A stretch of 64,000 bases of DNA, taken from positions 58,770 through 122,769 of the forward strand of contig JAGWOR010000001.1 of the NCBI GenBank assembly GCA_028870845.1, in the 5' to 3' direction. The position numbers and the translations under genes were made by a program. The stretch is from Gammaproteobacteria bacterium. Its GTDB lineage: Bacteria; Pseudomonadota; Gammaproteobacteria; Natronospirales; REEB76. Numbering within the stretch: the first letter of the stretch is position 1; each line of letters opens with the position of its first letter. Below the pieces are notes generated by a model that was not told the origin of the DNA, made no database searches, and saw only the letters and a list, made by a program, of their open reading frames with translations. Below are positions 1 through 8,641 of this stretch, in pieces.

Positions 1-282
1 TCCACGGCGCTGTGGATGTCGCGCATCAGTTCCGGCATTCCGATTTACGCCATGACGCGGCACGAGGCCACCCGCCGGCTTGTGACCCTGTACCGCGGCG
101 TCTACCCGGTGGCATTTGATGTCATGCACACCAACCCGGATCAGGTGCTGCGCAGCGCTAGCGAAGAACTCGAGAAACGCAACATCGTCAAGCGCGGCGA
201 TTACGTGATCTGCACCAAGGGCGAGTTCAGCGGCGTTTCCGGCGGCACCAACAGCCTCAAGATCCTGCGCGTCGGCGAATAA
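1..282 (+). CDS. pyk: pyruvate kinase, C-terminal fragment (5' end lies outside the window)
   Basis: Frame 1 is open from base 1. The sequence SGIPIYAMTRHEATRRLVTLYRGVYPV...GDYVICTKGE...GGTNSLKI looks like the C-terminal regulatory domain of pyruvate kinases. Confidence 0.8.
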   Translation, partial: STALWMSRISSGIPIYAMTRHEATRRLVTLYRGVYPVAFDVMHTNPDQVLRSASEELEKRNIVKRGDYVICTKGEFSGVSGGTNSLKILRVGE

Positions 283-308
283 CGGCGACGGCCATTGGCC
301 CGCGGTTT

Positions 309-911
309 TTACAGCCAGCCTTTTTGCCGGGCGATGCGCGCGGCTTCGATGCGGTTACCGGCGCCGAGTTTGCCGATGGCTTCGGATAGATAATTCCGTA
401 CCGTGCCCTCGGAGAGGAACAATTGTTTGGCGATGTCGGCGCTTGTCAGACCGTCGCCGGCAAGCCGGAGTACTTGGCGTTCGCGCTCGTTGAGCGGGTC
501 CTCGGTGTCCCAGGCTTCGGTTGCCAGCTCCGGGGCGATTACTTTTCCGCCCTGGTGCACTTTGCGGATGGCATTTGCCAGTTGTTCCGCGGGCGCATCC
601 TTCAAGAGATAGCCTTTGACACCGGCGTCGAGCGCGCGCCGCAGATAGCCCGGCCGCGCAAAAGTGGTGACGATGATGACGCGTGTTGCTGGGTTCTTGT
701 CCTTGAGGGCCGCAGCCAATTCCAGCCCGGTCATGGCCGGCATTTCGATGTCGGTGACGACCACATCAGGATTGAATTCCGCGGCGAGCTTGAGCGCTTC
801 CTTGCCGTTGGAGGCGCGCGCCACCACTGAGAGATCCTCCTCGAGCTCCAGCATCGCTGCCAGGGCTCCCAGGAGCATGCCCTGATCTTCGGCTATCAAG
901 ACCTTGATCAT
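309..911 (-). CDS. NarL/LuxR-family response regulator (REC + LuxR-type HTH)
   Basis: 200 aa. Receiver motifs are MIKVLIAEDQ and DVVVTDIEMPAMTGLE. The C-terminal LuxR HTH is ERERQVLRLAGDGLTSADIAKQLFLSEGTVRNYLSEAIGKLG. It lies 25 nt downstream of the kinase gene. Confidence 0.9.
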   Translation of the reverse strand: MIKVLIAEDQGMLLGALAAMLELEEDLSVVARASNGKEALKLAAEFNPDVVVTDIEMPAMTGLELAAALKDKNPATRVIIVTTFARPGYLRRALDAGVKGYLLKDAPAEQLANAIRKVHQGGKVIAPELATEAWDTEDPLNERERQVLRLAGDGLTSADIAKQLFLSEGTVRNYLSEAIGKLGAGNRIEAARIARQKGWL

Positions 912-936
912 GCCCGGGGCTCGTCCGTTTGGCCGC

Positions 937-2082
937 TCAGCCGGCAGCCGACGGCAGCCGCACGGTCAAACGCGTACCGTTCTGGCCGGAATCGATTTCC
1001 AGCAGACCGGAGGCTGACTTCAGCCGTTCACGCATGCCCTTGAGGCCGTTGCCCTCATGCAGGGCGCCGCCGTGGCCGTCATCCTCGATCAGCAGGCGCA
1101 GTTGCCGGTCGCGCTTCGCCAGTTCGATCCGGCAATGTACCGCGCCGGAATGCCGGATTACGTTGGTGACCGCTTCCCGCAGCACCATGGCGAGCACCGA
1201 ATCCTGGGCTGGTGAAAGCCTTGGCGGGTCCACACTTTCGGCAAGCCTGACATTGGCGGCGGTCAGAGCCACGCGCGCATTGACAAGTTCGCCCAGCAAA
1301 CCGCCGCTGCGATAGCCGCCCACCGCTTCACGCACTTGGGTAAGTGCCTCGCGGGATATGCGTTCCACGTCACGGATTTCCCGGGCCGCGCCGGCCAGGT
1401 CGCGTTCGGCCAGGGTGGCGGCGAGTTCCGCCTTCACGGTGATGAGGGTCAGCGTGTGCCCGAGCAGGTCATGCAAGTCTCTGGCGATGCGTTCACGCTC
1501 GGCGCTGGCCGCGAGCTTGCGGATTTCTTCCTGTGACTGCTTGAGCGCCAGGTTCTTGCGGTGCATCTCGCCGAAGTAGAGGTTGGCGAGGCCGAGAATG
1601 ATCATGAAGAACACCACGTAAAACAGGGTCACCAGGTTGAGCCTGACCGCCAGCGCGCTGATCAGGCAGGCGGCCAGCACCAGCAGCAGTGCCCGTACGC
1701 CTTTTTTGATGGACCCCAGGGAGCCGCACAGTGCGGCGGCGTAGATGAAAAATACCAGGCCGTTGCCATCCGGCCACATAAAACCGCAACCCATGAAGGT
1801 CATGGCCGCCAGGATCCATCCCAGTTCACGCGTATCCCGGTGGTGCGCGTCGTGGTAGGCCCGGAAATACAGGGCGATGAATACCAGCCCGGCCGCGACG
1901 TACAGCCACCAGCGCAGGATGCCGAAGGGCTTGCCGGTGTAGTCGAGAAAGAAAAAAGCGAGGTAGGGCAGCCACAGGTACGGCGTCCAGCCGAACTGGG
2001 AGTCGTGCGGCAGCAGGCGGCGATGCAGCCGGATGAACGGTTGCGCGCAGGCTCGCAGGAGCGTTTTGGCTGTGGTTGTCAC
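937..2082 (-). CDS. membrane sensor histidine kinase, HisKA_3 (DesK/NarX-like) type
   Basis: 381 aa. It has a multi-TM N-terminal half, the H-box ERERIARDLHDLLGHTLT, and HATPase_c motifs REAVTNVIRH, EDDGHGG and GNGLKGMRER. Confidence 0.9.
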   Translation of the reverse strand: MTTTAKTLLRACAQPFIRLHRRLLPHDSQFGWTPYLWLPYLAFFFLDYTGKPFGILRWWLYVAAGLVFIALYFRAYHDAHHRDTRELGWILAAMTFMGCGFMWPDGNGLVFFIYAAALCGSLGSIKKGVRALLLVLAACLISALAVRLNLVTLFYVVFFMIILGLANLYFGEMHRKNLALKQSQEEIRKLAASAERERIARDLHDLLGHTLTLITVKAELAATLAERDLAGAAREIRDVERISREALTQVREAVGGYRSGGLLGELVNARVALTAANVRLAESVDPPRLSPAQDSVLAMVLREAVTNVIRHSGAVHCRIELAKRDRQLRLLIEDDGHGGALHEGNGLKGMRERLKSASGLLEIDSGQNGTRLTVRLPSAAG

Positions 2083-2105
2083 GGGCTTAGCCTATCACCC
2101 CGCAC

Positions 2106-3740
2106 TTATCGCAGGGCGCTGTGCAGGAAGGCGAGCACCTTGTTCCAGGCATCGCGGTCGGCAAAGGCATCGGCGGCCGGCCGGCCCCCGAGAGCAAGGC
2201 TGCCGTATTTCCCGGCTACGACACTGGCATTGGTGGGCCGGTAAGGCGGCAGGATGGCGTGACCGGCACCCGCATAGCACAACGATTCGTCCCGATAGGC
2301 ATGTGGGTGCGCGGCAAGCCGCTGCATGATCTGTTCAGCCATGAGCGACGAAGGCCAGATCTGGTCGTCGCTGGCGGAGACCAGCAGCACCGGAGCGGCA
2401 ATTTTTTCCACCGGAATGGCGGCCTGGCCAACCGCCGGCTTATTTTGCAGGCCGGCCCGGTAGCCACCCACGAAAGCCAGCGGCTGGTGGGATGTGAACA
2501 TGGCCGGATTGAAGACGAAATTGACCCACGGCAGAGGTTTGCCGTGCACAGTCCAGGAAGAGCTGATCGGGCCGGGACCGTTCGGAATGCCGCTCCACAC
2601 CACCGAACTCGGCATCAAGGCCAGCACCGCCTGGAATTCCTTGGGGAATGTGGCTGCCGTGACCAGCGCGGCTTCCGCACCCTTGGACCAGCCGATGACT
2701 GCAACCCGCCGGGGATTCACCCCGGGTTGCCGCCGGAGCCAGTCCGCAGCTGTGGCGAAGTATTCCAGCGGGATGTCCATCAACCGCCTGGGCAGGCGCG
2801 CAAGCCGCGGGTCTAAAGGTTGGAAACCCTGGAAGTAAGCCAGTGCCAGGGCCACATATCCATGGGCAGCCAGCAATGCCGCGAGCGGTGATGACGACGT
2901 CCAGCCGCCTTCCGAACCGCCCAGCACCACGATGGCAGGATGGGGACCGGGCGCGGCCGGCGTGTACAACACCCCCGCCAGGCCCTGCGCGCTGACCCGT
3001 GTTTTGATGACACCCGGTGCGCGCAGGTAACGGGTCACGGTGACTCGAGCCAGGATGCGCTGTCCAGCGAGCGCTTCGATTTTCAACGGCAGATCGGTGG
3101 CTTGGAGGGGTGTGCCGAACAGCACTTCCCGCGGGTTCTTAAGGTGCTGCGGCAGCATCGACCAGACGAGTCCCATGGCGTGTACGCCGGCGTAGCTGCC
3201 ATAGTCCGGGGCCTGCCGGTCCACATCCACACTGCCGCGGTCATCCGCGTGGTAGGTCGCCTCGGCGCTCCAGGAGCGATGTTTGTAATCCTGCAGGCTG
3301 GCGCGCAGCGTCACCGGTTCGCCCGGTTTCAAGCCGCTGACACGGATCGCAAGCGGCTGGTCCACCAGCGCCTTTTCCGGCGTGACGTTCAGGGCGATCG
3401 CCGGTCCGTATCTCCAGTGGTGCCACAACTCCGCGGGAGGCGTCGCCGCGATGACCGCCGGTTCGGAGAATTCCGCGGGCGCCGCCAGGCAATCCGCACG
3501 CCCGGCAGCCGGGGTGTTGGCGTTAGCCACCACTAGCCGCCCGCGGTTCGGCGTGGGCAGCAGGCACAGGATGATCACAGCCGCTGCGATCAACAGCAGA
3601 ATAATCATGCCGCTGCGTGCCATACCGGACTCACGACATTCGTTCCCGGCCCGGGAGCGCGGCATGGCGCGGTGGTTCGGTAACCCCGACGCACTCACCC
3701 ATGGATGACGGGAGGCACCGGGAAAAAATCCAATATGCAT
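2106..3740 (-). CDS. membrane-anchored BAAT/acyl-CoA thioester hydrolase-family alpha/beta hydrolase
   Basis: The N-terminal TM anchor is MIILLLIAAAVIILCLL. This is followed by a BAAT N-terminal beta-sandwich-like region (PLAIRVSGLKPGEPVTLRA) and a C-terminal hydrolase domain with the nucleophile elbow IGWSKGAE. I chose the start at 3740 because AAGGAG lies 7 nt upstream. The ORF itself is open to 3746, and 3623 is another candidate start. Confidence 0.7.
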   Translation of the reverse strand: MHIGFFPGASRHPWVSASGLPNHRAMPRSRAGNECRESGMARSGMIILLLIAAAVIILCLLPTPNRGRLVVANANTPAAGRADCLAAPAEFSEPAVIAATPPAELWHHWRYGPAIALNVTPEKALVDQPLAIRVSGLKPGEPVTLRASLQDYKHRSWSAEATYHADDRGSVDVDRQAPDYGSYAGVHAMGLVWSMLPQHLKNPREVLFGTPLQATDLPLKIEALAGQRILARVTVTRYLRAPGVIKTRVSAQGLAGVLYTPAAPGPHPAIVVLGGSEGGWTSSSPLAALLAAHGYVALALAYFQGFQPLDPRLARLPRRLMDIPLEYFATAADWLRRQPGVNPRRVAVIGWSKGAEAALVTAATFPKEFQAVLALMPSSVVWSGIPNGPGPISSSWTVHGKPLPWVNFVFNPAMFTSHQPLAFVGGYRAGLQNKPAVGQAAIPVEKIAAPVLLVSASDDQIWPSSLMAEQIMQRLAAHPHAYRDESLCYAGAGHAILPPYRPTNASVVAGKYGSLALGGRPAADAFADRDAWNKVLAFLHSALR

Positions 3741-3752
3741 ATTCATTCTCCT

Positions 3753-4532
3753 TCAACGGTCCTGGATGCGCCGCCAGCCAAGACGCGCAAGCCACAGGCA
3801 AACAACGGTGAACATCAGCAGGTAAATTACGTGCGCAAGATAATGGCCGTCACCGCCCTGGTGCACGATGCCGAGCGCAATCCGGCTGAGGTGATAGGCC
3901 GGAAATATGCGCGCGAGCTCCTGCAGCCAGAGCGGAAAGAATTGCAGTGGCACCCACAGGCCCGAAAGAAACGACATCGGCAGGTAGATGAGATTGATGA
4001 TGGCGGCCGATGCCTGGCCACCGGCGCGCAAACCGATCACCAGCCCCAGCGCGCTGAAGGGTGCGGTGCCGGCGATCAGTGCGAGCATCAGTAGGATCCA
4101 CTGCGCACGCGGCAGCGTTACGCCACCGAACAGCCCCGCCAGTGTGAACAGCAGCAGCGCAATCACCAGGGCGAACAGCATGGCCATGGCGGCTTTGGCA
4201 GCCAAGTAGGCCATCGGTGGCATGGGTGCCACGCGCTTCATCGCCAGGATGCCGTGATCACGTTCCATGGCCACGCCCATGCCGAAACCGAACAGCGCCG
4301 GCGCCATGATGCCGAAGGTCGAGTAGCTGGCGAGCATGTAAACCGCCGCGGAGTTGCCACTGCCTTTGGCGAAGATCAGGCCGAAAAACAAGTAGAACAT
4401 GGTGGGGAACAGCAGCGTCGGCAGCGCGAAACCCGGCATGCGCACCAGTCCCCAGAACTGGAAACCGGCTTCGCGCAGATATACGCCGAATGTGTCTCGC
4501 CAAGTCCAGTGTTTGACAGCAACAGTGTTCAT
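3753..4532 (-). CDS. ABC-2 type transporter permease
   Basis: 259 aa with about six hydrophobic helices. Its start overlaps the stop of the upstream ATPase gene (ATGA). Confidence 0.85.
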   Translation of the reverse strand: MNTVAVKHWTWRDTFGVYLREAGFQFWGLVRMPGFALPTLLFPTMFYLFFGLIFAKGSGNSAAVYMLASYSTFGIMAPALFGFGMGVAMERDHGILAMKRVAPMPPMAYLAAKAAMAMLFALVIALLLFTLAGLFGGVTLPRAQWILLMLALIAGTAPFSALGLVIGLRAGGQASAAIINLIYLPMSFLSGLWVPLQFFPLWLQELARIFPAYHLSRIALGIVHQGGDGHYLAHVIYLLMFTVVCLWLARLGWRRIQDR

Positions 4533-5449
4533 GCGGCTTGCTCCTCGGGGCGGTTTTCGGTCAGCGCCAGGAAGGCCTCTTCCAGCCGGGCACCGGTAAT
4601 TTCCAGGTCGTGCAGTGCGGGGTCGAGCTTGAGCATCTCGAGCAGCATGCCCTCGGGATGTGCCGCCACGATGTCGAGACGCTTGCCATCCTGGCGCACG
4701 CTGTTTACACCGGGCAGCCGCCTGATCTGCGTCTCATTGAGCGCGGTCACGCAGCGGATGTGGCGCTGTGCGACGCTGCGTTTGATTTCCGCCGGCGTGC
4801 CCTCGGCCACGACCCGGCCGCGGTTGATGACCACGATACGGTCGGCGAGCGCGTCGGCCTCTTCCAGGTAGTGGGTGGTGAGCACGATGCTGCGTCCGGC
4901 GCGTTTGAATTCCCGGAGGCGGTTCCAAAACCCGCGGCGCGATTCCACGTCCAGGCCCGCGGTCGGTTCGTCCAGGAACAGCAATTCCGGATTGCCGCAG
5001 ACTGCCAGGGCGAATAGCAGGCGCTGTTTCTGGCCGCCGGACAGCTTGAGCACCGGGCGTTTCTCCAGATCTTCCAACCCGGCGCTGCGAAGTATCTCGG
5101 CCAGCGGCATTGGTTCAGGGTAGTAGCCCGAATACAACCGGATGACTTCGCCGACCCGCGCGTGCCCGCCGAGCTGGGCGCCCTGCAGCACGGCGCCGAT
5201 CCGCCGGCGCGCACCGACATCGCGCGGCGACCTGCCGAACAACAGCGCGTTGCCGCTGGACGGCCGGCTGAGGCCCAGCAGCATGTTGACACTGGTGGTC
5301 TTACCGGCGCCGTTCGGGCCGAGCAACGCCAGTACTTCTCCGTGGCGAACTTCGAGATTCACGCCGTCTACGGCCAATACTTTGCCGTAGCGCTTGCTGA
5401 CACCGGTGAGAACGGCAACCGCAGCCCCGGTTTTTGATGTACTGTCCAT
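4529..5449 (-). CDS. ABC transporter ATP-binding protein (DrrA/CcmA-like, partner of the ABC-2 permease)
   Basis: Walker A is GPNGAGKTT, the signature is LSGGQKQRL and Walker B is LLFLDEPTAGLD. I placed the start at ATG 5449 (MDSTSK) because GGGAGAAG lies upstream. The ORF is open to 5509. Confidence 0.9.
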   Translation of the reverse strand: MDSTSKTGAAVAVLTGVSKRYGKVLAVDGVNLEVRHGEVLALLGPNGAGKTTSVNMLLGLSRPSSGNALLFGRSPRDVGARRRIGAVLQGAQLGGHARVGEVIRLYSGYYPEPMPLAEILRSAGLEDLEKRPVLKLSGGQKQRLLFALAVCGNPELLFLDEPTAGLDVESRRGFWNRLREFKRAGRSIVLTTHYLEEADALADRIVVINRGRVVAEGTPAEIKRSVAQRHIRCVTALNETQIRRLPGVNSVRQDGKRLDIVAAHPEGMLLEMLKLDPALHDLEITGARLEEAFLALTENRPEEQAA

Positions 5450-5682
5450 AAGCTTCTCCCTGTGGGTGCGCATAGGGTGAAGCCCGCGGTGCGGTTCCGC
5501 CAGTTTCATACGTCAGGATTTGTGGATGACGAATGTCACATGACGTCCAGCGGTGCCGCCGTGTGAGATTTCTATCTCAAGTAAGCACCGGGACGACTGG
5601 CAATCCAGCGGGGTAACGGCAATAATCCCCGCAGGTTGGGCCGAGGACTCTGCCGGCACGGAGTTCGCGCACCCTGGAGGAC

Positions 5683-6849
5683 ATGCCCGTGAAATACCTG
5701 CCGCTGCTCTGGGCCAATCTCACCCGCCGCAAGACCCGCATCCTGTTCACCTTGCTGTCGGTGATCTTCGCCTTCCTGCTGTTCGGCGTGCTGTTCGCCA
5801 TGCGCCAGGCATTTACCCTGGGAGCCAACCTGGCCGGTGCCGACCGCCTGGTGACCATGAGCGCGGTATCGCTGGTGAACTCCCTGCCCATCAGTTATGG
5901 CGAGCGCATCGCTACGGTTAAGGGCGTGCAGGAGGTAGCCGGCGAAGACTGGGTAGGCGGGTACTTCCGGGATCCGCGCAACCCCATCTTTGCCATGGCG
6001 GTGCAGGCCAGGCGCTTCCTGGACATCCATCGCGATTACCAGCTGGCGCCACGTCAGAAGCGCGCCTGGCTGGCGGACAAGCGCGGGGTAATCGTGGGCA
6101 AAGGGTTGGCCAAGCAATATGGCTGGAAGCTCGGCCAGCAGGTGCCCTTGCGCTCCAACATCTGGCGCGATGCCAACGGCAACAGCACCTGGATCGTCAA
6201 TATCGATGGCATCTTTTCCACCCGCGAGGGCCAGGATTCACAGTTGCTCATGCACTACGAATATCTGAACGACACACGCGCCTATGAGAAGGATACCGTG
6301 AGTTTCTTTGTGCTGAAGATCGCCGATTCGCAACTGGCGGGGGAGGTTGGCCAGTCGGTAGATGCGTTGTTCGCCAATTCGCCGGATGAAACCCGAACCG
6401 CCACTGAAAAAGCCTTCGTACAAGGCTTTGCCTCCCAGTTCGGCGATATCGGCGCCATCGTCACCGCGGTGGTCAGCGCCGTGCTGTTTACCATGCTGCT
6501 GGTGACTGCCAATACCATGGCACAATCGGTGCGTGAACGCACCAACGAGCTGGCGGTACTCAAGGCCCTGGGCTTCAGCAACCGCAAGCTCGCATTCATG
6601 GTGCTCACAGAGTCGCTGCTGGTGACGGTGTCCGGCGGCTTCATCGGCCTGGTACTTGCATATGCACTCATCGGCAGCCTCGGCTTTTTCGCCGGCGCGC
6701 TGCTGGAATTTCTGCCGGGTTTGTTTATCCCGGCGATCAGCACCCTGTTGGGTATGGGACTCACGCTGGTGCTCGGAATTCTGGCAGGCCTGCTGCCCGC
6801 CGTGCACGCCATGCGCGTGAGCGTGATCACGGCTCTCAGGGAGGCGTGA
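5683..6849 (+). CDS. FtsX/MacB-type ABC transporter permease (4 TM + periplasmic domain)
   Basis: 388 aa. It has an N-terminal TM (RILFTLLSVIFAFLLFGVLF), a large extracytoplasmic domain, and a C-terminal FtsX-like three-TM bundle with RTNELAVLKALGFS. Confidence 0.85.
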   Translation: MPVKYLPLLWANLTRRKTRILFTLLSVIFAFLLFGVLFAMRQAFTLGANLAGADRLVTMSAVSLVNSLPISYGERIATVKGVQEVAGEDWVGGYFRDPRNPIFAMAVQARRFLDIHRDYQLAPRQKRAWLADKRGVIVGKGLAKQYGWKLGQQVPLRSNIWRDANGNSTWIVNIDGIFSTREGQDSQLLMHYEYLNDTRAYEKDTVSFFVLKIADSQLAGEVGQSVDALFANSPDETRTATEKAFVQGFASQFGDIGAIVTAVVSAVLFTMLLVTANTMAQSVRERTNELAVLKALGFSNRKLAFMVLTESLLVTVSGGFIGLVLAYALIGSLGFFAGALLEFLPGLFIPAISTLLGMGLTLVLGILAGLLPAVHAMRVSVITALREA

Positions 6850-6850
6850 C

Positions 6851-8032
6851 ATGAACTGGCTATCACAGCTTGTTTCTGTGAGCGGCATGAATTTCCGCAA
6901 CCTGGGCAAACGCCTGGATTCCTCTTTGGTCGCGGTGATCGGTTTCGCCGGCGTGGTGCTGGTGGTGGTGGCGATCCTGTCCGTGCGCAACGGTTTTCAG
7001 GCAACCCTGGGCATGACCGGTTCCCCGGATGTGGCCATTGTGCTGCGCGGCGGCGCCGGCACCGAGGTGAACAGCGGACTGGGCGGCGATGTTGCCAAGC
7101 TGGTGGGCGAAGCACCGGGGGTCGTCCAGGGTGCCGGCGGACCGGTGGTGTCGCCGGAACTGCTGGTGCAAATCAGCCTGAAGAAGCGCTCCAACGGCAT
7201 GTATTCCAATGTTTCATTCCGCGGAGTAACTGCGGATGCGTTCCTGGTGCACGAAAAAATACATGTGGTCTCCGGGCGCATGTTTACCCCGGGTTTGAAT
7301 GAAGTCATCGTGGGCGCCAATGCTGCCCGCAGCTTTCGGGGTTTGCGCCTGGGAAACGTGTTGCACTCGGGACGCTATCACTGGCGGGTGGTGGGTGTAT
7401 TCGACGACGGCGGCGGCCTGCATAATTCCGAGATCTGGGCGAGCCTGCCGCTGCTGCAGGGTGCTTATCAACGCGGCAACTCCATCAGTTCGATCTACGC
7501 GAAACTTACTTCTGCGAGCGTGTTTCCGGCGTTTGCGCGCGCACTCGGCTCCAATCCGCAGCTCAGCGTGAGCGTTGAGCGTGAATCCGCGTATTTTGCC
7601 GGCCAGGCCAAGGGCATGAGCCTGTTCATCAGCATCGTGGGCGGAATCATTGGCGTGTTAATGGGTGGTGGCGCCATATTCGGCGCCATCAATACCATGT
7701 ACACGGCTGTCGCCGCGCGCGCCCGTGAAATTGCCACGCTGCGCGCGCTGGGTTTTAGCCGCACACCGGTATTGCTGTCGGTGCTGCTGGAGGCATTGCT
7801 TCTGGGCCTGGCCGGCGGCGTGTGCGGCGGGCTGTTGGCCTATCTGCTATTCAATAATTTTGAGGCCAGTACCTTCAACCAGTTCAGCATCATCGCATTC
7901 CGCTTCAGAGTGACCCCGCAACTTTTGCTGCAGGGCATCGTCTATGCACTGCTGATGGGTTTGCTGGGCGGGTTGCTGCCGGCGATCCGTGCCATCCGCG
8001 CGCCCATCGCCACCGGTCTGCGACAAGTCTGA
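6851..8032 (+). CDS. FtsX/MacB-type ABC transporter permease, paralogue of the upstream gene
   Basis: 393 aa with the same architecture, including RAREIATLRALGFS. It starts 1 nt after the previous stop. Confidence 0.85.
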   Translation: MNWLSQLVSVSGMNFRNLGKRLDSSLVAVIGFAGVVLVVVAILSVRNGFQATLGMTGSPDVAIVLRGGAGTEVNSGLGGDVAKLVGEAPGVVQGAGGPVVSPELLVQISLKKRSNGMYSNVSFRGVTADAFLVHEKIHVVSGRMFTPGLNEVIVGANAARSFRGLRLGNVLHSGRYHWRVVGVFDDGGGLHNSEIWASLPLLQGAYQRGNSISSIYAKLTSASVFPAFARALGSNPQLSVSVERESAYFAGQAKGMSLFISIVGGIIGVLMGGGAIFGAINTMYTAVAARAREIATLRALGFSRTPVLLSVLLEALLLGLAGGVCGGLLAYLLFNNFEASTFNQFSIIAFRFRVTPQLLLQGIVYALLMGLLGGLLPAIRAIRAPIATGLRQV

Positions 8033-8112
8033 TTCCACCGGGTGGTTTCACTGAATACGCGCCATCCGCAAAACCGGCCAACACCGTTAATGCCGGGGTT
8101 GCAAAAGCGGCG

Positions 8113-8454
8113 CTATTTGATCAGCCGGATGGATATGGGATACCGGTATTCCACGCCTTTGGATGCCTGAATGGAGGCGATTATGATGAAGATCAGGTCG
8201 AGAATCGCCAATGCCCACAGCAGGAAGATACCGATCACCACAAAAATCAGGACTATGCTGATGAGCGCTGCAATTACCATGGTGATCTGGAAATTCAGAG
8301 CTTCCTTGCCCTGGCTGTTCACGAATGGCATCTCATCCTTCTTCATCAGCCACACCACCAGCGGCCCGAGGATGGACCCGAAAGGTATGACGTAACCAGC
8401 CAGTGCGCTCAGGTGAGCGGCCATGCCCCAGTTATGCTCGGCTTCAGTGCTCAT
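8113..8454 (-). CDS. DUF4870-family small membrane protein
   Basis: The sequence NWGMAAHLSALAGYVIPFGSILGPLVVWLMKKDEMPFVNSQGKEALNFQIT is characteristic of DUF4870. The start at 8454 is preceded by GGGAGGAG. The ORF is open to 8493. Confidence 0.75.
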   Translation of the reverse strand: MSTEAEHNWGMAAHLSALAGYVIPFGSILGPLVVWLMKKDEMPFVNSQGKEALNFQITMVIAALISIVLIFVVIGIFLLWALAILDLIFIIIASIQASKGVEYRYPISIRLIK

Positions 8455-8641
8455 TGATACTCCTCCCAATATGTTTGGTTCCAATTCGATCACGGTACCC
8501 CCTCCTTTTGTTATCCGTGGTACCGCCGTGTCCGGAATCCTGCCCTGTTTCGACGCTGGCTGGCAAGCCCGGCATACCAGCTCCAGGCCGGTGAGATACC
8601 ATTACCGGCCTGAATTACCGCGAATCGGGGCACGATAACGC

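Noticed and set aside
5510-5546. ACGTCA ... TGACGA ... TGACGT half-sites in the divergent intergenic region between the ABC ATPase and the FtsX-type permease genes, considered as a possible regulator site.
   Set aside because: Hexamers at about 30-nt spacing can arise by chance, and nothing links them to the NarL-type regulator.
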